Source of the DNA: Calditrichia bacterium
Lineage (GTDB): Bacteria > Calditrichota > Calditrichia > JAJRVZ01
Length of the DNA: 64,000 nt
Direction: 5' to 3'
Assembly (NCBI GenBank): GCA_963796965.1
Contig: CAWCNS010000009.1
Coordinates: 640,001 to 704,000 of the forward strand
Shown in pieces: positions 58,792 to 64,000 of this stretch. Under the pieces are notes generated by a model. That model was not told the DNA's origin and ran no database searches. It was given only the letters and a program-made list of their open reading frames with translations. Every line of letters begins with the position of its first letter. Positions within the stretch are counted from its first letter, which is position 1. Both the position numbers and the translations under genes were made by a program.

Positions 58792-60837
58792 ATGTTTACT
58801 TTTATAAACCTCTCTATACTTACAGCACTTCTGGCCGTCAGCCTTCCTTTGCTGATTCACCTTTTTAATCGTCACAGGAAAAAGAAAGTTACTTTTAGTA
58901 GTATTCGATTTCTAAAATTACTTGAGAAACAAAGACTCAAGCGTCTCAAACTTTATGAATATCTTCTAATTATTATTCGAACTTTAATTATTTTAATGCT
59001 GGTCTTTGCCTTTGCCCGGCCAACCCTGACAACTAAACCTGTTTTTTCATCACAGGGGGCAAGAACTACAGCTGTAATTATACTAGATTCAGGGATAAAT
59101 ATGCGTAGGTATGATGATTCAGGGAATCGCTATTTGCGGGCACTTGAAATATTAGACCAGATTGAGCAAAATTTTAAACCAGAAGATCAGGTATACCTTA
59201 TCTCTTCAAATGATCCAGACCAAGTCTTAAATGCGACCAGAGATATTCAAGAACAGCAAGCTTCATTTCAGGGTGGAAAATGGGAATCCACCTTTCAATC
59301 GTCTCTCAATCTTTTTAGGCAACATCCAAATTTTAACGAGGAATTATATATAATATCTGATTTTCAATTTCAACAAAACGACTTTAAGGAGAATTTGCAG
59401 CTATTCTCTAATGCTCATATATATTTTATCAAAGTCGGTAATTTACCTGTTTTAAATATCAGTATTGATACAGTTGACATTAAAAGTCAAATATTAGAAA
59501 TAAATAAGCCCATTAATTTTGATATTTATTTAAAGAGCTCAAGCTATGAAGGAGCTCATCCTGTAGAAATTCATATGTTTGTAGATAATAAACGGGTATC
59601 ACATCGTCGTATTTTGATGGGTTCAAACCAGACAAAAATTGTTCCAATGTCATTTTTACCACAGAACTCCGGATTTACCAGCGGGTATATTGAAATCAGC
59701 GATGACGATCTTCTCGCAGACAATCGATACTATTTTGTCGTAAACATTCCCTCTGAGATTAAAATTCTTTTTGTCGATGACCAACCTTCTCCATTTCTTC
59801 TTGCCGCCATGCAGTCTCTATCTAATCAGTCAAATATATCCTTAAATATTAGTAAGTATAATACATGGGCTGGACATAGCTTTCAAAAATACGATGTTAT
59901 TTGGCTTTCAAATATCCCAAAATTGTCTACCGAAATCCAAAATCGTCTAAAAACATTTTCAGAGAAGGGGGGTACACTTGTACTTATGCCAGGACTTAAC
60001 ACAATTCCTTCAGAATTCAATGCTCTGGCGAAAAGACTTTCTTACTCACTACAGATAACTGAGATTATTGAAACAAAAAGTTCAAAGGAATTTTACTCGT
60101 TTACCCAACCTGACCTAGATCATCCATTGTTTAGTGGACTTTTTAGAACGATGGAGCCTGATATTGAAGAGCCTCGCTTTTACCGTTACTTTAAAACCAT
60201 TATTCCTGCTGAAACAAGACGGATTTTTTCCTTTCAAAATGGGGATCCATTTCTTGTTCAATTTGACATTAATGAGGGGCGATCTTTCTTCTTTAGTAGT
60301 TATATTGAAGATGATTGGACCGATTTTCAATATCGGGGATTATTTCTTCCGCTTCTCTCCAGATTAATGTATTATGCGGTATCTGCATCTTCACATTCCG
60401 ATTTATCCGGCCGGGTTGGGAAGCCAATAATCATAACCTCGAAGGATCATGGGAGTAATGAAAAGTTTTATCTCTATGATGATGATGAGAACAGAAGTAC
60501 TATTGTGCCAAAAATCCTTAACCAAACTTATCAGTTTAAACTATCCAACCTGAATAAACCAGGACTATATAAGATTAAAACTGAGAATCAATTGATATAC
60601 GCTATACCGGTAAATTGTGAATCAAGGATTATTGATGAGCCGCACCTTGATCTTGAATCAATACTAGAAGAGGTCCCCCAGACAGGTTTATTTAGTGAAA
60701 ATCAAGAATTTGCAGAAGTTGTAAAAGAAACTCGATTTGGCATGGAACTCTGGAAATTATTTATACTTTTTTCTCTACTTTTAATCATCACTGAATTGTT
60801 CTTAATAAAGAATATGGAAGGAAAACAAAGGGCTTAA
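58792..60837 (+). CDS. BatA-domain / vWA-like membrane protein
   Basis: F.N...L.ALLAVSLPLLIHL...FSSIRFL...LIIIR......FARP (BatA); degenerate vWA (IILDSG, ISDFQ); DNR motif; C-terminal ELWK TM. Confidence 0.8.
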   Translation: MFTFINLSILTALLAVSLPLLIHLFNRHRKKKVTFSSIRFLKLLEKQRLKRLKLYEYLLIIIRTLIILMLVFAFARPTLTTKPVFSSQGARTTAVIILDSGINMRRYDDSGNRYLRALEILDQIEQNFKPEDQVYLISSNDPDQVLNATRDIQEQQASFQGGKWESTFQSSLNLFRQHPNFNEELYIISDFQFQQNDFKENLQLFSNAHIYFIKVGNLPVLNISIDTVDIKSQILEINKPINFDIYLKSSSYEGAHPVEIHMFVDNKRVSHRRILMGSNQTKIVPMSFLPQNSGFTSGYIEISDDDLLADNRYYFVVNIPSEIKILFVDDQPSPFLLAAMQSLSNQSNISLNISKYNTWAGHSFQKYDVIWLSNIPKLSTEIQNRLKTFSEKGGTLVLMPGLNTIPSEFNALAKRLSYSLQITEIIETKSSKEFYSFTQPDLDHPLFSGLFRTMEPDIEEPRFYRYFKTIIPAETRRIFSFQNGDPFLVQFDINEGRSFFFSSYIEDDWTDFQYRGLFLPLLSRLMYYAVSASSHSDLSGRVGKPIIITSKDHGSNEKFYLYDDDENRSTIVPKILNQTYQFKLSNLNKPGLYKIKTENQLIYAIPVNCESRIIDEPHLDLESILEEVPQTGLFSENQEFAEVVKETRFGMELWKLFILFSLLLIITELFLIKNMEGKQRA

Positions 60838-60853
60838 TAATAAGAAGAGTATG

Positions 60854-63800
60854 CTATATTTTTGAATCAAGGACTTCACGCACCTTTTTAGCCAAAGCCT
60901 GCATTGTATATGGTTTTTGTAAAAAATTGATTCCTTTATCTAGTGAACCACTACTTGTAATGTGATCTTCGGTATACCCAGATGTGAATAATATTTTTGT
61001 ATCTGGTACTATTTTATTTGCTTCAATGGCCAGTTCTTTTCCGTTCATTTCTGGCATAATTAAATCGGTTATGATTAGCTCAATCCCTTTCTTTTTATCT
61101 TGAAGTACATCAACTGCTTTTTTACCATTAATAGCCTGGATAACCGAGTATCCGAGATCCTTGAGGGCAGTGCAGACAAAATTACGAACGCCTTCATCAT
61201 CTTCAACAACAAGAATTGACTCATTGCCCAAGAGGGCTACTTTGGGCAGTATTTGAGTTTCTTCCGAAGCCCTATTCTCAGTACTGGCCGGCCAGAATAT
61301 TTTAATTGTGGAACCTAACCCAGCCTCACTAAAGGCATATATACTGCCTTTATTCTGCTTAACAATACCATAAACAGTTGACATCCCTAATCCAGTGCCC
61401 AAACCTTTTTCTTTTGTTGTAAAAAAGGGTTCGAAAATTTTTTCTTTTATTTCATCACCCATACCAATACCGGTATCACTTACAGTAAGGACCACGTGGG
61501 GACCCGTATGGCTTCCGTTATGCTTGACTACGAATGATTCATCTAAAAGAACAAAGCCTGTTTCTATTAGAATTTTTTTATCTGCTGCTTTTTCTGTTTT
61601 CTCATTTATCGCATCCCTGGCGTTTAAAATCAGATTCATCAAAATTTGTTCTATCTGACCAGGATCTGCCTTAATTAACGGAATATCTGAACGCAGATTT
61701 GTTTCAATATTAATATCTTCCCCAATTAACCGCCTTAGCATTTTATCCAGGCTTGAAATGGCACGGTTAATTTCTATTATTCTAGGTGCATATATTTGCT
61801 TACGGCTAAATGCTAATAATTGGCTAGTTAGATTTTTAGCTCGTTTTCCAGCACTCAGGATAGAGATAATATCTTTATGAGATGGATGTTCACTTTCCAA
61901 ATTCATCATTGACATTTCAGCATGTCCATTTATTACCGTTAGGAGATTATTGAAATCATGTGCTATTCCCCCAGCCAAAGTACCGACAGCCTCAAGCTTT
62001 TGAGATTGTCTTAGTTGCTCTTCCAATTTTTTTCTATCTGTGATATCCATCTGAATACCCCAGATTGCCAGGAGTTGCTCGTCTCTCAATACACCAAAAT
62101 ATGAGTTTCTAAAGTGGTGCATATTTCCCTTTGAATCCTTTTCCCGGGTTTCAATCATTTCGGTTTTGAAACCATTTACAATAAAGGTTTCCATTCTATC
62201 TGTAGATGCACTAAAATCATCGCTAAATTCCCGAGGACATTTGCCAATAAATTCTTCACGGGAGGGAAAACTATACATTTGTGCTAAAGCATCATTGCAA
62301 TCGGAAATTACCGAGTTATTTAAAATTTGGTTCGCTATCTCTTCTTCTTGTAAACTTATGGGAATCGGGACATCAAATTCTATTTTCCAAATACCAACAA
62401 GGCTATTTTGGATAAAATGTTCATATTGCATATTTAACTCATTTACCCGATCCTGAGCGATTTTCCGTTCTTCTACTTCCCGTTGTAAATTATTGTACAG
62501 CTGTGCATTTTTGAGGGCAGCAGAAGCAAATGAGGCAAATGTTTCAGCCAAAGAGAGTTCTTCTTTTGTAAAATTTACATGCATTCTACTTAAACACATA
62601 GCCCCAATAACTTTATCTTCAATAAGAAATGGAGCAACCATTATCCGCTCTTCAAATTCCTCGGGAGTACCTGGGATCTGTTGTCCCACCGACTCTGGAC
62701 CGGTTTCATTAAATATTAAACCCTTTTTTGATTTAACAGCCTCTCCTGTAAAACTATTATCCATATCCAATGGCGTTACCATTACTTGATCTTGATATTC
62801 CGGATCGATGGCAATTACTGGTCTGAGGGTTTTTAGATTTTTTTCGAGGAGGTATAGAGCACAGCTTTTTGTGTTGAGGATCTCCATAATACCACTACCA
62901 ATTTCATTCAGGACCTCCTTAATTTCAAGACTCCTGGTCAAATGACGAGCTGTTTTTAGAAGGTTTTCCTGAAATCGCGTTTTATAGAGGAGCGCTTCTT
63001 CAGATTGTTTGAGGTCAGAGATGTCTTCAGACACACAGAGGACACCATCTTTACCATCAGGAAGAGCGATCTTTTTTTCGTTCAATTCCATATAACAGAA
63101 ACTACCATCTTTTCTTTTACTCTTTACAACATGTTTTAAAACCTCACCCGATAATATTCTGTTTATATTCTTCTTAATAATATTAATGTCATCAATATGA
63201 GCAATTAAATCGACATTTTTACCTATAAGTTCCTTACGTTCATATCCGAGAGAATTACAAAAGGCGGGATTAACTTCGATGATTTTTCCATCTGAATCTT
63301 CAATTAGAATTCCGCTTGGGGATAGTTGGAAAAGCGTGTGATAGTATTCTTCTCTCTCACCAATTTTTCTTTCAACAACTTTGCGCTCTTCAATATTTCT
63401 AAGATTGGCCTGAACAGCATCAACCTGATTTCCATTTCTTATAAGTACAGCTCGTATTTCATATGGGACAACATTTTTATTCTTATGAATGATCTCAATC
63501 TCAAACATGGGGACGAAAACACCTGAAGTAATTTTTTTCAGGGAGGAATATGCCATTGTTGCAGAATCATCGGATAATATTCTGGTTTCAGATAAACTTC
63601 TTCCTATAATTTCTTGCCTTGAATAACCACTTTCCTTTACAAACCGATCATTTATATCTAGAAAAGTACCTGTCTTATCGATGATAACAATCAAATCCGC
63701 AGCATTATGAAAATATTTTTCATATTTGTTATCAGATTTGGCAAATGCAGTAGGTCGGCTCACTTTCACATGAGTCTTTTTATGATGCGTATCATCAGCT

Positions 63801-63892
63801 AATCTTTTATCGCCAAGATCTATTTTTAACTGTGTGTTCTTTTCACTCAAAATATTTCTCGTATTTATAAAATCACTCGGTTTGCCAATCAA
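60854..63892 (-). CDS. Hybrid sensor histidine kinase (PAS-PAS-GAF-PAS-HisKA-HATPase-REC)
   Basis: [10 protein letters not shown]-box, [31 protein letters not shown] motifs VVEDD / TDLIMP / KP; exact start uncertain. Confidence 0.93.
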   Translation of the reverse strand: MIGKPSDFINTRNILSEKNTQLKIDLGDKRLADDTHHKKTHVKVSRPTAFAKSDNKYEKYFHNAADLIVIIDKTGTFLDINDRFVKESGYSRQEIIGRSLSETRILSDDSATMAYSSLKKITSGVFVPMFEIEIIHKNKNVVPYEIRAVLIRNGNQVDAVQANLRNIEERKVVERKIGEREEYYHTLFQLSPSGILIEDSDGKIIEVNPAFCNSLGYERKELIGKNVDLIAHIDDINIIKKNINRILSGEVLKHVVKSKRKDGSFCYMELNEKKIALPDGKDGVLCVSEDISDLKQSEEALLYKTRFQENLLKTARHLTRSLEIKEVLNEIGSGIMEILNTKSCALYLLEKNLKTLRPVIAIDPEYQDQVMVTPLDMDNSFTGEAVKSKKGLIFNETGPESVGQQIPGTPEEFEERIMVAPFLIEDKVIGAMCLSRMHVNFTKEELSLAETFASFASAALKNAQLYNNLQREVEERKIAQDRVNELNMQYEHFIQNSLVGIWKIEFDVPIPISLQEEEIANQILNNSVISDCNDALAQMYSFPSREEFIGKCPREFSDDFSASTDRMETFIVNGFKTEMIETREKDSKGNMHHFRNSYFGVLRDEQLLAIWGIQMDITDRKKLEEQLRQSQKLEAVGTLAGGIAHDFNNLLTVINGHAEMSMMNLESEHPSHKDIISILSAGKRAKNLTSQLLAFSRKQIYAPRIIEINRAISSLDKMLRRLIGEDINIETNLRSDIPLIKADPGQIEQILMNLILNARDAINEKTEKAADKKILIETGFVLLDESFVVKHNGSHTGPHVVLTVSDTGIGMGDEIKEKIFEPFFTTKEKGLGTGLGMSTVYGIVKQNKGSIYAFSEAGLGSTIKIFWPASTENRASEETQILPKVALLGNESILVVEDDEGVRNFVCTALKDLGYSVIQAINGKKAVDVLQDKKKGIELIITDLIMPEMNGKELAIEANKIVPDTKILFTSGYTEDHITSSGSLDKGINFLQKPYTMQALAKKVREVLDSKI

Positions 63893-64000
63893 TCTGATAC
63901 TATTTTATTTCCTTTTTTGTCACAATACTAACGTAATTCAATATACCATCTGAATTTTCCTACTATTTTCTTATTACCAGAAAATCGTAATATTCTTTTT

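Noticed and set aside
336..63526. Numerous 60-190-aa track ORFs overlapping larger genes (e.g. 27226-27792, 42436-42816)
   Set aside because: Antisense or alternate-frame shadows of well-supported genes, with no motifs.
1..64000. tRNA, rRNA, transposase, integrase, prophage or defence genes; Sec machinery (selABCD)
   Set aside because: None recognised in this window; the Sec machinery would have to be encoded elsewhere.

Overview
AT-rich bacterial window with strong Shine-Dalgarno sites. It looks like an FCB-related heterotroph (Calditrichota-like; inference from the FlgD-Ig/T9SS-type C-terminal domain, Tat-exported sugar enzymes and the hrcA-grpE-dnaJ order). Layout: (i) 1-33.4 kb, an accessory carbohydrate/peptide catabolism region (GH172/DUF2961, GH29, GH3, sulfatase, DUF1080, four Gfo/Idh/MocA oxidoreductases, two enolase-superfamily enzymes, FAH, lactate permease, Dcp peptidase). 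(ii) 33.9-37 kb, a three-gene thiol/selenol redox operon: a TlpA-like redoxin, a Cys-motif outer-membrane protein, and a gene the ORF track truncates, encoding a secreted redoxin with an in-frame TGA in a UxxC motif and a SECIS-like hairpin, i.e. a probable exported selenoprotein. (iii) 38.9-47.5 kb, a SorC/DeoR-regulated sugar-phosphate-utilisation-type bacterial microcompartment locus (RpiB-DeoC fusion, two BMC-T, BMC-H, three BMC-P, aldehyde dehydrogenase, class II aldolase, pyrimidine nucleoside phosphorylase). (iv) 47.6-64 kb, housekeeping genes (queG, namZ, comEA, hrcA-grpE-dnaJ, ftsEX, hybrid histidine kinase). Four genes carry +1 frameshifts, all at or beside an AGCT tetramer, which suggests methylation-linked sequencing errors. 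Intergenic spaces contain recurring 9-mer- and 7-mer-periodic inverted repeats and GTCAT-tagged REP-like palindromes. All calls were made by eye; no database searches were run.
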